NCBI RefSeq assembly: GCF_009914755.1
Contig: NC_060932.1
Direction: 5' to 3' (one strand)
Length of the DNA stretch: 64,000 nucleotides
Origin: the human T2T-CHM13v2.0 reference genome, Homo sapiens
The translations under genes were made by a program, and so were the position numbers. The notes beneath the pieces were generated by a model that worked only from the letters and a program-made list of their open reading frames with translations, was not told the origin of the DNA and did no database searches. The first letter of the stretch is position 1. Each line of letters starts with the position of its first letter. This document shows, one piece after another, positions 1 through 12,826 of this stretch.

Positions 1-385
1 TTTTTCACAAACTGAATATACTTGTGTAATCAGCACTCAAATCAGGAACTAGATTATCACCAGAGCATTATCGCAGAAACCCATCTCTTTTTCTCTAATA
101 CTCAATGGCATTTTGTACCCCTAAGGGTAGCCACTATCCTAACTAATAACACCATTAAACTTTTGCCTGTTTGACTTTTGTACCTTATATAAATGGAGTT
201 ATGCATTATTTATTCTTTTGTGTCTGGATAATGAATTGTGCAGGTGGGAATATGGTTATGCGTGTCTTTTGGTGAACACATGCATGCATTTCTTTGAGGT
301 ATAAACTGAACAGAGGAACTGGTGGGTTATAAGGATGTGTGTGTTCAGTTATCATAGGTAATGTCAAATTGTTTACAAAGCGGCT
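1..385 (-). mobile_element. Ancient L1M (L1ME/L1MC-like) 3' fragment
   Basis: Antisense old-L1 motifs such as tatataaatggagttatgc, ttcttttgtgtctgg, tcttttggtgaacacatgcatgcatttc. Confidence 0.6.
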
Positions 386-542
386 CTACATGCTTTCTTT
401 CTATGCTCACTTATACTAAACTATACTGCTTTTCTCAATCTCATTTGTCATTAGGGAGATTTCTTTAAACTGAAAAGGTTATCTGAAAAGCACTCTGTTG
501 CATATATTTAAAGATCATTTTTGCTAATATGGTTATTTTCAG

Positions 543-625
543 TGGAATGTTTTTGTGTCCTAAATCTTAACTTGTAAAAACCTATGCTCCTAATAGTACA
601 AACAATTCCATCTAAAAGTCAGACC
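543..625 (+). pseudogene. Candidate decayed exon A (GMFLCPKS*LVKTYAPNSTNNSI*KSD)
   Basis: Branch-like tgctaat, acceptor ttattttcag, donor CC|gtaagt at 626; all three frames contain stops; the frame ending in phase 1 joins exon B. Confidence 0.45.
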
Positions 626-752
626 GTAAGTTCAGCAATAAAAGATGAATCACCATGAGACAAAGCTGTACACACTTGGAAACATAGTGTATATACTAAT
701 CTTTCATAACCAAACTATTCCTGTTACAAAATGATACTAGATTGCTTTCCAG

Positions 753-826
753 GAAAGTCAAGTGAAAACATTACTAAGTCTTTTCTTCAAGATATATCAG
801 AGTTTTTATTTGCAAGCAACTTGAAG
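753..826 (+). pseudogene. Candidate decayed exon B (KSSENITKSFLQDISEFLFASNLK)
   Basis: Acceptor attgctttccag; open in phase 1; ends AAG|gcaact, one change from gtaact. Confidence 0.45.
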
Positions 827-1019
827 GCAACTCTGGTTAATTTATCAGAAAAGAAATGTGATAAATAATTTTGGAAACCCACTGAATCTCTTGGGGGGCC
901 AGAGAACCAGGCTTGGAGATATCTCAGTCTTGCAAGATGCCTTAAAATATGTTTTGAACTGGTCCTCTATAGACCAATTGCTACTTCCACGGGTTACAGA
1001 TCCCATAGCCTGCCCTATT

Positions 1020-1885
<866 letters not shown>

Positions 1886-1894
1886 ATCACCACC

Positions 1895-2230
1895 CAGACA
1901 TGGGATACAGCTACTGGAACTGTTGGCACCACTGCCTTTGGGAACTGGATGTATCTGCAAGCAACATTACCCAAATGCATTCTGGATAATCCCCATTTCT
2001 TCGATTATACTTCTGATTCAAAGTCTGGGTCCTTTGCAATTGACTGACATTGCATGGGTTCACATGCCAATATTTTAGGTAAAAGGAAGACTTGGAAATT
2101 CAAGTAGTTGATCTTTTCAGAAATGCAAGTAGCTGATCTTTTCAGCTTCTAAAGTATGAGATCAGCTCTATGCCTCATAAGGTTGGAAACTCCTCAAACT
2201 TAGAAAGAGAGGTTAGATACTAGGCAGTCC
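1895..2230 (-). mobile_element. Old MaLR LTR fragment (MLT1K/L-like)
   Basis: ttcaaagtctggg...ttcacatgcc...aaggaagacttggaaa resembles the antisense MLT1K/L core. Confidence 0.4.
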
Positions 2231-2244
2231 ATTGTCCACCATAC

Positions 2245-2501
2245 CAGGGCTTCTCATAGTGTGGGCCATCTGTGAGTGAGTGCTGTCTGTGAGATTTTGC
2301 TCTTGGTCCACAATGAGATAAACATAGAAAATGAGAACAGGCAGCCAGAAACTTTCATAGCAACTTGACATTGCCATGATATTTTTATTGTATTTGACAA
2401 AAATATTGATACACAACAAATTGGAAATTAAACCAGAAAATACCACAGATAGTTTGAGAAGCACTGATAGTTTTCTACCACAAATAGTTTGAGAAGCACT
2501 G
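2245..2501. mobile_element. hAT-Charlie MITE (MER112/MER113-like) with duplicated terminus
   Basis: Terminal inverted repeats cagggcttctca and tttgagaagcactg, the latter present twice. Confidence 0.6.
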
Positions 2502-2734
2502 CACTACATCCATATATAACAAAGGACTTATTTGAAAACACTATGCCTCTCAACTCTGCCTCCAGAGCCTCAGGACAAAGCTGGTTTCTCATGTGATTGA
2601 TATCACAGAGCAGCGATTTTCTCTGCACTCCTTTAGTTACCCAAAGATGCTGACATGCTTTATATATAAACTCATTGCATTAAAAATCAAACTATTTTGG
2701 CCCATGGGCAAGACGCAAACAAGAATAATAATCT

Positions 2735-2931
2735 TGTAATTGTCACAACAAACCTATAATATGAGGTAAATATTGTGGTGTCCCTTTTACCAGCGAGATA
2801 GCTGAAGCACCAAGAAATTAAATGATATACTCAATCACATGGCTCCCAAGTGAAAGCACCAGGCTTTGAACCCAGACAGCTTGGCTCTTGCTAGCACTTG
2901 CACTTTTGGCCACTCTGCAGTACTGCCTCTC
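2735..2931 (-). mobile_element. MIR SINE
   Basis: Reverse complement of MIR core: cacaacaaacc...atgaggta...tttgaacccagacag...tactgcctc. Confidence 0.8.
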
Positions 2932-3160
2932 TAACATAACAAGAAAAAGACTGGCATATATCCAAGATATTATATCCAAGTATTGCCTAAATATGAACTT
3001 TATTTCCTCTTTGAATCATGGCCTTTGCAAAGACCTCTAAGAATATTTAGGCAAATTATATTCTTCTTAATAGTCAATGTACTATATATTTCAAAAGATC
3101 CGATGCCTGCTGTCTACAGCGTTATAATGCCCTGAGACATAATAAGTGATTGCTTTCCAG

Positions 3161-3197
3161 AATGAAGCTTTTAAGATAAATAACTTTGTGTTTTTAG
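3161..3197 (+). pseudogene. Candidate decayed exon C (NEAFKINNFVFL)
   Basis: Acceptor gattgctttccag; phase 0 in, phase 1 out at TAG|gtcatt (weak donor). Confidence 0.35.
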
Positions 3198-4369
3198 GTC
3201 ATTTAGGAATATTGCCCCTTTTTTAAAAAAATGGAGTATCTCAGCACTAACACACACACTTTTTAGAATTTTAATCTCTGAAATATTTTCCAGAGATTTC
3301 AGCATTACACAACAGTCTTATTAAAGGTGCATGTATGCATTTTTATTTAATCTGATCCCTCAACAAGCCTGGTCCATTTAGCAGACCAGAAAGCTAATCT
3401 CCAGAGGCCAAAGGACCAACTCCCAATCGTGAAGCAGCTGTTCATGACCTTAGAGGATGTCAGAGCAAGTCTGAACTCTTGGTTGGAGGTTTTTCCACAC
3501 CCTGTATCAATTCACTTCCGCCACTAACTGACAGAGACCTAACTGAAGATTTCAAGACTGTAAATTCCCAGCACACTTCGAAGAAGCTGGGGATGGCTGA
3601 AAGTCATTTCACAGTAGGATTGATTTGCAGCCAGGATCAACCAGCCTTTGGCCTCATTTTTGTGTAGTTTGGACGATTCTATCATCAGATCTGCCTCTCG
3701 ATATAAAATGTTTCCTGTTTGAGTTTCCTTTTTCAAATGAATGGATTTATTATCCTAGAGGAAGACTTCCTAGCTGTTCTGAGAAGGGCAGGATGAATGA
3801 AAGGTTATAGATCAAATGTGTTTATTTGTCCCTCATTAGCTGAGAATTGGTTTATGTGTATCATTTTATGGAAAGCCAAGGAATAATGACACACATATTG
3901 AATTTATTGAATCAAGTGTAACAGCACTGGGAAGGTCTAAGAAAACAGATATACACATATACAGAAAAAGAGAGCGTTTACATGGCCATTTCTCATCTCA
4001 CTAGGGAAGTCAAGATGTGTGCACGAAAACTACCATGCCAGTAAGTGAACAGTGCCAGTAAGACAGAGAACAGTGTTAGATGAAGAAGACAGAAGCTTTC
4101 ATAGACAAGGAAAAACTAGAATCTTAGGCAGGTTTTAGAGAACAACAACGTTGCTTAATACTTACTAAACATACACTTATTAAACATGACCTCATATAGC
4201 TTTACAATAGCTATTTAAATTAGGAACTACTGTACTTTATTTTCTGTTTCACAGTTCCAGAAAGTGGATTGCTTACATCAAATAGCTAGTAAAAGATAAC
4301 TCGAATTCAAGCCAGACTCTAAAGGACATGCTCTTAACTGAGCACTTCTCTGTGCTGCCTTGGGCTGGG

Positions 4370-5520
4370 CATAGTAGAGACGTCCAATCTCCAGGGCAGG
4401 GATAGAATACGGAAAAATCTAAGCAAAGGTCTGGAGGTGAGAAGGGAAGCATGTTCTGGGGTCAGTGCAATCAGCCTGCCTAAAGTAGATGGTTTTGGGG
4501 AAAAGGTGGGGTTGATAAAATTGGAGAATCAATAAGGCTGAAAAATATTACAAGAATTAAAGATTCCTACATTAATGGATTCTGAGCAGGAAAATAATAT
4601 TACGTAAAAACTGTTTTTGTAAGAAGGGTGAACTCAGCAGTCATGTGTAGAATGATAGAAGAGCAGAGGCCTGGAGGCTGGAAAATCATTGAGAAGATGT
4701 TGCAGAAGTCCAGGAACAGGCAGTGAAGGCCTGGACTAGTACACCAGTTCTCAAATTTTTGGTCATGGGTGTACTGATACTCTTAAAAATAATTGAGGAG
4801 TCCAGAAGTGTTTTGTTTGTTTGGTTTTTATCTGTCGATGTTTATGGTATTTGAAATTAAAACAGAATTATTTTAAGAAAATTATTAAATCATTTTAAAA
4901 TAACAATAAACCCATTATACATTAACATAAAAGTAACTATGCTTTTTCATGAAAAATAACTATGCTTTTAAAAATATATAGTGAGAAAAATTATACTGTT
5001 TTATACTTTTGCAGATTTCTTTAATGTTTGGCTTACTGGAATCCAGGTGGATTGTCATACATCCAGTGGGCTGTGATGTTGCACAATGTGTGGACTAAAA
5101 AATTCCACTGCATGCTAATGAGAGAAACAGTGAACATGGCAAATCACACCTTAGTATTCCCATCATAGTAGTTTCGAACTCATGATACTCTGAAAGATTC
5201 TTGGGAGTTCCCATGTTTCCAGGCCACAACTTGAGAACCTCTTGGCTAGAGTGTAGCTGAGAAGACGCAGAAACACAGAGAAACAAAACAACAGCATCTG
5301 GAGACCGACTAGGCTTAGGGGGAGCTGCAAAGGAAATGATCTGATTCAGTATGATGCAATACATCAAACCTGGGTGACCTGGGAAATTTGCAATGCCTCT
5401 TGCAGAATGGGGAAACCCATGGGGGAAGGCAATCTGATGGGGAAGTTGGCAATTTCTGGTTTGGGTGATTTAAATGTGAAAGAACATAGATATCCAAGTA
5501 AATACAGAATTAGGTCACAG
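4370..5520 (-). mobile_element. L2 fragments flanking a Charlie insertion
   Basis: Purine-rich L2 antisense motifs (agcaaaggtctggaggtgagaaggg, gaagtccagg, ggcctggactag). Confidence 0.5.
4745..5243. mobile_element. hAT DNA transposon, Charlie4a-like
   Basis: TIRs cagttctcaaa and ttgagaacc; internal ctcttaaaaataattgagga, aaacccattatacattaacataaa; about 500 bp. Confidence 0.75.
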
Positions 5521-5812
5521 AAACTGAGAGACTCATTGTCAATAAAACTGAATGTTTTTAAGTTAATTTAAAAATGAAATAGACACATGTACTGTAATTT
5601 CTATCCAGTTCATCACAAAATTTTTATTCATTTTTGTTTCTTTTAATGAGTGGAACATTATAGGAGCTCAACTGTATTTGAAAAATTTACTTTTCTAAGA
5701 TGAGGAGTGAATACATGGGCATTTTCCATGTTATTCTTTATTCATTCGATATGTCTGGGACAATTTATAATATATTAAAAATTTTAAGTTCACATCACAT
5801 GCTAACCCACAC

Positions 5813-5817
<5 letters not shown>

Positions 5818-5866
<49 letters not shown>

Positions 5867-5872
5867 CACACA
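5818..5872. repeat. Compound (TC)n(CA)n microsatellite
   Basis: Directly visible. Confidence 0.95.
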
Positions 5873-6010
5873 CTATATATATTTTCCTTAGATCAGATGC
5901 CATCTTATTTCCAGATGCTAGTGCTAGAGATTCCCATTTGGGAAAAAACAAAAGAAGAAAAATAAAGAAAGAAACCTAAACTAAACCACATATTTTAATC
6001 TTCTCTTTAG

Positions 6011-6072
6011 ATATTGAAATGCAGACTATAGAGAAAGAACTTACTGCAGCATCAGCAAAATATAGGAAAAGT
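6011..6072 (+). pseudogene. Candidate exon D ((D)IEMQTIEKELTAASAKYRKS)
   Basis: Strong acceptor ttttaatcttctctttag and donor AGT|gtaagt; 62 bp, open, phase 1 in and phase 0 out. Confidence 0.65.
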
Positions 6073-6334
6073 GTAAGTCAAACAGGAAGACATACCAATA
6101 TTCACATGATACCAAAGAAGTGCATTTTATTACCTGTATTTACCAATGATTCAGTCAGACCGAAGCTCCCAGGAGAGTTTATAGCACTTAGTGGGAGAGA
6201 CAAAAATGGAGAAACAAAGAATTATGAACAGTGTGATGTTTCCAGTAGAATCAGAGGCATAGGGAGAACAAAGTACTCAAAGGATACATCCTAGAGAAAG
6301 TGACTATGTGTCCCTGGGAGGTTGTCTAAGCAAG

Positions 6335-6555
6335 CTCGGCTCTGGAATTGGAGTAGATTGGATTGGAGTAGATTGGAGTGCTAGCACTGAGTTGGGCACT
6401 ATTAGCTTTGAGACTTAGAGGAAATTATTAAATTGCATAAGCTTTAGTATGAAAATATTTTTATTGATAAAAACATGTTAATAGTAGCTGCTTCCCAGGA
6501 TTGCAGTGAGGGTTAATGCAGAATAGGACCCAGTGAATGTCAGCTCCTCTTACTG
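6335..6555 (+). mobile_element. MIR SINE
   Basis: gctctggaatt...cactattagctttgagacttag...cccaggattgcagtgagggttaatg. Confidence 0.65.
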
Positions 6556-7538
6556 TGTAGCGCTGACCAATAGACCCCCATCTGCCCTCCACACTCAGCA
6601 CTACCCCCCACCACATCCACGTTTCTCTCTTGGATGACTTTCAAATACTGTTGCCATCTTAAGCTCTCCATACTCTAACTGCTTTGGTTATAATCTCAGC
6701 CACCAGACAAGTAGATGTCCTTCTTCTTAGGCCTTTGAAAGCCACAACCCTGGTCTCCACCAGCCTTCGCTCATACTAAAGCCTTTCTGGAGCATACTCC
6801 ATGCTTCCTTTCTATTCATTTCAGAGGCCTTTAATTTTCTGATTCTTGTTTAGCTCTACAACTATTACATATCCACCATATTACCTATCTTTATTTACCA
6901 TAGACGTCATTCCAAATTGTATCCTGTAGTCGTTTTAACCAAGTAAAAAATGAAGTTGGAAAGAGTATATATGTTCTTTTATTTTTTTTTACACAGGAAA
7001 ATAAATATGATAATAAAACTTCTAAAATTCTTTTAAGAAGAATGTTTTGGATGTGTGTATGAGGGCAGGATGAAAGGGGATAATCATTAGATAACATAAG
7101 TCAAATTCACAGGTAGAAGGAGGCTGTCATTGACTTTCAGCATCTATTATTGTGGCTATTCAGTGAATACACTCCGACCTGGGGGCTCTGAACTAGAGGA
7201 AAGCCAGGTGCTCCTGAAGCCAGGTGCCTGCTTTGGATGAATGAATGGATAAATGAATGAGATAAGCACAAATCTACAGTACACCCAAAGATTACATAAT
7301 CAAAAATAATGCCTGTACAAAGAATGGTGTAAATTGCACTATGAAGATAATTTAGGTAAAAACTTAGCTAAATTTTCTTAACAGGAATTCCATTTTTAGT
7401 GCTTTTTTTAAACTCAAGGATAGAATTCATATTAAATAGGAATAAAAGTTAATGCCAAGTATAACTTCTTTTTGCTAATAATTGTTTCGTAAATATATGT
7501 GTTCTGTAAACTAACATAACCCTTATTTTTTTTTGCAG

Positions 7539-7595
7539 TTGTTTCATGACCTTTGCAAACAAATGAAAGACTTACATTTGCTAAGTTCCCTTTAG
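7539..7595 (+). pseudogene. Candidate exon E (LFHDLCKQMKDLHL; reads on to LSSL* if unspliced)
   Basis: Branch aactaac, acceptor ccttatttttttttgcag; phase 0; TTG|ctaagt at 7581 looks like a G>C-mutated gtaagt donor; read-through stop TAG at 7593-7595. Confidence 0.55.
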
Positions 7596-8029
7596 TACTT
7601 AATTACTAGAAATTTAAGGACCTAACAGGGACTGCAGCTGTTCTGAGTTTCAATTATTTTTCTGCTTATCTTCCTGGCTAATAACTTGGAGCTCTGGGCT
7701 GAATGCATTCCATTTTTTGGTAATGGGAAACATCAAGACAAATCTTGTTTCCCACATAACTGAGTGGAACAAGGAGAATTGGGTCACCCAAGAGTTTCAT
7801 CAGCACTCTTGGAAGAGCTCAAGAGATAAGCAGAAGCATTTACACTACTGGGAACAATTGGTTTTGATCAAGAGACTCAGCAATAAAAGCAGGAAACTAG
7901 GCTGGAACAGAAGGGGTGGTGGGAAAGACTATCTGAATGGTAAAGGGTTTCTGTGTAAAATAATGATGCCTTCTCTTTTAGGGGAAGCTGAGCATTTTTG
8001 TTTTGGCACCTAGATGTTGAATCATATGT

Positions 8030-8240
8030 CTCACATAGAATCATAGATTTTGCAGAGTTCGATTAGACATAAGGCATCACCTAGACTTCTTTAAAGCTGG
8101 GGACACCAGGGCCCAGAGAGGTTAAAGGACTTATCTGAAGGCACACAGCTAGTACGTGGCAGGCACAGCTAGTACGTGGCAGGGCTGGGAACAGAACCCA
8201 TTTCCTATTCCCAGTCAGGGCACTTCCCTCTCCCCTACAT
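8030..8240 (-). mobile_element. MIR SINE with internal 20-bp tandem duplication
   Basis: ggcccagagaggttaaaggacttatctgaaggcacacagctagt...gggaacagaaccca. Confidence 0.75.
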
Positions 8241-8502
8241 CTGCTTCCTCTACTCCTTTAAGCATCTTGTCTCTTCAAGCCACAGCTCAAGTACTCTGGT
8301 GATATTCTCAGCACAATCTCCAGATTGCTATTCTTGAAACCTATTTCTTTGGCCTCCTTCTCTCCTAATTTTTTTTAAAAATCATGCTTTTGTAAAATTA
8401 TTAAGTTTTCTGGTAAAGTCGAGCACTGATGGTTGAGAATTTATTGCATTTGGACAATTTCTAGATGGCAACTTATGTATAGTTGTACGTTACTGAATTA
8501 AG

Positions 8503-8694
8503 GTGTGTTTAGATAATAATGCAGCTGGAAGGAGCTATTTGGATCGAATGAGCCAAATCCCTGGTTTGCAGATTATGGAACAAAACCCTAGAAGACAAAG
8601 GGATCATCAGTTTAAAATACAAAACCCTAATGTCATAGAAAATTCTATCAAAGCAAAGTTTAAGTGTTTGAACATTGACTTCATCAAAGATTAA
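8503..8694 (+). pseudogene. Candidate terminal exon F (VCLDNNAAGRSYLDRMSQ...LNIDFIKD*)
   Basis: ag at 8501-8502 (weak pyrimidine tract); 63 open codons in phase 0; stop overlaps AATAAA. Confidence 0.45.
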
Positions 8695-8699
8695 ATAAA
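8694..8699 (+). promoter_or_regulatory. Candidate polyadenylation signal
   Basis: AATAAA directly at the exon F stop, followed by GT/T-rich tracts (gttgttatt, gtgttgtttatt). Confidence 0.4.
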
Positions 8700-9048
8700 A
8701 ATGGTCCTGAGTTGTTATTACTCTCTAAAAAAGTGTTGTTTATTAAAATGTTTGGCATATATTGTTGTTGTTCATTGTTTTACTCATTTGGAGAGGTTCT
8801 AATAAGAATAGCAGGAAACTAACTGAATTATTTAAAAGCTAGGCTCAATGTATTCAAGGAAACCAAAAGTTTAACGTACTTTGAGCAGCACTTGATGAAA
8901 ATGATCATCAACATGATGAGTTGTATTTTAGGCATGCACAGTATTTGCTAAATGAATGAATAATAAATATAAAAAGTACTTGGCTGGAGACAAAGTATTG
9001 TACCTTAGAATACTGACATTGAACAACACAAATTTGGTAAATCCTTAC

Positions 9049-10474
9049 TTTTTTTAAAATTATACTTTAAGTTCTGGGATACATGTGCAAAACGTGCAGG
9101 TTTGTTACATAGGTATACACATGCCATGGTGGTTTGCTTCATCCAACAACCCGTCACCTACCTTAGGTATTTCTCCTAATGCTATCCATCCCCAACCTCC
9201 CCACCCCGCAACAGGCCCTGGTGTGTGACGTTCCCCTCCCTGTGTCCATGTGTTCTCATTGTTCAACTCCCACTTATGAGTGAGAACATGTGGTGTTTGG
9301 TTTTCTGTTCCTGTGTTAGTTTGCTGAGAATGATGGTTTCCAGCTTCATCCATGTCCCTGCAAAGGACATGAACTCATCCTTTTATATGGCTGCATAGTA
9401 TTCCATGGTGTATATGTGCCACATTTTCTTTATCCAGTCTATCATTAATGGCATTTGGGTTGGTTCCAAGTCTTTGCCATTGTGAATAGTGCTGCAATAA
9501 ACATACATGTGCATATGTCTTTACAGTAGAATGATTTTTAACCCTTTGGGTATATACCCAGTAATTGGATTGCTGGGTCAAATGATATTTCTAGTTCTAG
9601 ATCCTTGAGGAATTGCCATACTGTCTTCTACAATGGTGGAACTAATTTACACTCCCACCAACAGTGTAAAAGCGTTCCTCTTTCTCCACATCCTCTCCAG
9701 CATCTGTTGTTTCCTGACTTTTTAATGATCACCATTCTAACTGGTGTGAGATGGTATCTCACTATGGTTTTCATTTGTATTTCTCTAATGACCAATGATG
9801 ATGAGCTTTTTTCATATGTTTGTTGGCTGCATAAATGTTTTCTTTTGAGAAGTGTCTGTTCATATCCTTCCCCCACTTTTTGATGGGGTTGTTTTTTTCC
9901 TGTAAATTTAAGTTCCTTGCATATTCTGGATATTAGCCCTTGTCAGATGGATAGATTGCAAAAATTTTCTCCCATTTTGTAGGTTGCATATTCACTCTGA
10001 TGATAGTTTCTTTTGCTGAGTAGAAGCTTGTTAGTTTAATTAGATCCCATTTGTCAATTTTGGCTTTTGTTGCCATTGCTTTTGGTGTTTTAGCCATGAT
10101 GTCTTTGCCCATGTCTATGTCCTGAATGCTATTGCCTAGGTTTCATGGTAGCGTTTTTATGGTTTTAGGTCTTATGTTTACGTCTTTATTCCATCTTGAG
10201 TTAATTTTTGTATAAGGTGTTAAGGAAGGGGTCCATTTTCAGTTTTCTGCATATGGCTAGCCAGTTTTCCCAACACCATTTATTAAATAGGGAATCCTTT
10301 CCCCATTGCTTGTTTTTGTCAGGTTTGTCAAAGATCATATGGTTGTAGAAGTGTGGCATTATTTCTGAGGACTCTGTTCTGTTCCATTGCTCTATATATC
10401 TGTTTTGGTACCAGTACCATGCTGTTTTGGTTACTGTAGCCTTGTAGTGTAGTTTGAAGTCAGGTAGCGTGATG
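9049..10474 (-). mobile_element. 5'-truncated L1PA7/8-like LINE-1
   Basis: ttatactttaagttctgggatacatgtgc 3' end; ORF2 C-terminal remnant RYHLTPVRM...CWRGCGE..LLHCWWECKLV. Confidence 0.92.
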
Positions 10475-11984
10475 ACTCTCTCAACTAAAGTTGAGAGTCA
10501 GTTGAAAACTCATGGAGAAACTGAGTGTCTAGAACAAATATCTTAAAGAACATTGTCATTACCTCTCTGGGACAACTTTATTCACAGAAGAATTTGAGAA
10601 ATAATAGTTCATTACATACTAAGTGACATCACAAATGATAAAAATGGGGTGTTCATAGTATTTAGTTCCCTGCAATTTAAAACCCATATGTTGGCCTTTT
10701 AATAACTATTTTAGCCATATTAGGTGCATGGGTAGACTCCAGGAACCATCTGCTATGTGCCTGCCAATTAAGTTTGCTGCGTTCTCCTGAACAGAGTGAC
10801 TCTTCCATTAAAACAAGTGGCTTTTCCAGGAAAAAAGATCTTGGGATTTTCTTTGGTTATTAGATAGCTCTACACCAGATAGGAACATAAAATTTCTTTG
10901 TGTGGGGAAAGAGGAGAGCTTTCCTGAAGTTTGACTCATATTACAAAAATGAGGGGGAAAGGGATTTAAGTGCTTATTTCAGTTCCTTTTCCAAACATGG
11001 AAAGTAAAATAGTAGTTCAGCCTCAATCCTTTCAGAGGAAGATCTCATTGCAAATGTAAACTTCACTACTCAACTCACAGTGTTTCATATATTGCAAATA
11101 ACCTAGACTTCAAAATTCAAAATGCCACATGCAAATCCTAGTTTAAGTCTGGAAGTGTTTGTGAGATCAAAAGCAAAAAAATTTTCTCTGTGGTCTTAGA
11201 TTCCCATTTAACCTTATTTCTTTTTAAATGTCTACATTAGGAAGTCCCATGTTTTATCCTTGTAATTCTAAAACAGATGAGTAAATGAGTATTGCATTAT
11301 TATAGTTGGCCACAGAGCAAACTAGTGGCAGTAACGGAGCTTAATCGTGACCTTTAAATTTCAAACATGCTCAGATTCTTGAAGTCAGATGGCCTCATAC
11401 TTTGCTTTGCTGCTGTGTGATGGAAAGGGATCAAGTATACTTGACTTTTGTAAGTGACTTTCTTTAAAGCTAAAAGTTGCATAGAACACATTTGTTGAAA
11501 CAATTAGAAAACTTTATCTGTAATTCTCTTTGCAAATTACATGATTCTGCAAGCCTCATTGTTCCCAGTTTCTGAAATGGGAATAATCATTCATCCTGCA
11601 TATCTCTTCTATTTATTATAAAAGTGAAGATAACTTAAAATATTATAAATTAATGTGTAAGTGTAAGAAAATATTAACTGTGGAGTGCTACACTTTCTGA
11701 CCTTGTGAACGTTTGATTTTCTTTACCGGAAACACTGAAATATACTGAATATCAGGTACCTCTCCAGAGCATGCATGTGGTTCTACAGTTGCTTGCCTAA
11801 AAATGGTAAAGGTCAACTATCCAGAGGGGAGAAATGGAGAGGACAGAAATGCTGTTAATTAATTAGCATAGGAAACACATAGAGTCATAGAGTTTTCTGT
11901 CAGCTGAGGAAGTGCCTTCTCTCCTCTTTCTCACACATGCATATATGCTCACATATGCATCAATATAAATCCTTTGATTCTTTA

Positions 11985-12315
11985 TTGTTGTTCAAACTAG
12001 TAAGAATCTATTACTTTCTTTTTGCATTTTGATGCTCCAGTTGTCGCAGATTTGGCCAGGAAGGAGCCCCTTCAAATTTTCCTCTTTGGTCTATTGACAT
12101 GTCTCCATTGTTTTTTTTAAGTCCTTCTTAGTTTTTGCCCAAGATATGTTGGGCTCAACTGTACTTTCCTTTCCCAAGCCTTGGAATCAGCCATCTTTCT
12201 AAAGAGTCCTAGTTCCTTTTCATAGAGTAAGGAATATAGAAACCAAGATTTTCATGCTAGGTGTACTCATTGATACTGGAGTGTTGTTATTTTTAGGTTC
12301 TTTCAGAGAATAGGA
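11985..12315 (-). mobile_element. L1MC-like 3' fragment
   Basis: cagatttggccagg..gagccccttcaa; ccttggaatcagccat; gaaaccaagat...ctaggtgtactcattg. Confidence 0.7.
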
Positions 12316-12444
12316 GGAAATAAGAGAAAAGAGGTAGTTAGTAAAAAAAAAAAAAGAGTATATCTGTTTGTTGATAAGATAATGAATGATTCTTCCAAGC
12401 AGAAAGAACAAATGTGTAGATGGGGGGGTGGGCAGGGCTTGGCA

Positions 12445-12562
12445 AGAGAGAAGAAAAAGAAGGAAGAGGAAGAGAAGAGGAAGAGAAGAGGAAGAAGAGA
12501 GGGGAAGAGTGGTAGGGGAGGAGGAGGGAGAGGCAAGAAGAAGAAAGGGGCAGGGAGAGTGA
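12445..12562. repeat. GA-rich low-complexity tract
   Basis: Purine-only runs (gaagaggaagagaagagg). Confidence 0.85.
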
Positions 12563-12691
12563 GAAAGACTTTCTTAAAGTACTTCTGTGTTTGTGGAGCA
12601 CAGGTTTAATCTTGTGGGAAGTATAATGCATTGACCTGGAGATGTAGAGAGGAACCACACCATGAAGGGCCCTATGTGCCATACTAAGATA

Positions 12692-12826
12692 CAAATGCTC
12701 CTCTACTTATGAGGGTTACATTCCAATAAACCCATTATAAGTCTAAAATATTGAAAGTAAAAAATGTATTTATTGCCCCCATAAATCCATCGTAAAGTCA
12801 AAAAATGGTAAGTTGGTGATAGTCTG
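12692..12826. mobile_element. Short Tigger-family element (MER82-like)
   Basis: TA-flanked; caaatgctcctctacttatgagggttacattccaataaacccattataag ... gtctg. Confidence 0.7.

Noticed and set aside
6019-6294. 91-aa ORF as a stand-alone gene
   Set aside because: Only the first 18 codons fall inside the splice-bounded block; the rest reads through a gtaagt donor into intron-like sequence
8497-8550. LVCLDNNAAGRSY resembles the Toprim DxD motif (LDNDxAG)
   Set aside because: Second acidic residue is N, no other Toprim elements are visible, and the match is too short to assign a family without a profile search
12220-12694. Several ORFs with poly-S/L or K/E/R runs
   Set aside because: Produced by the GA-rich low-complexity tract
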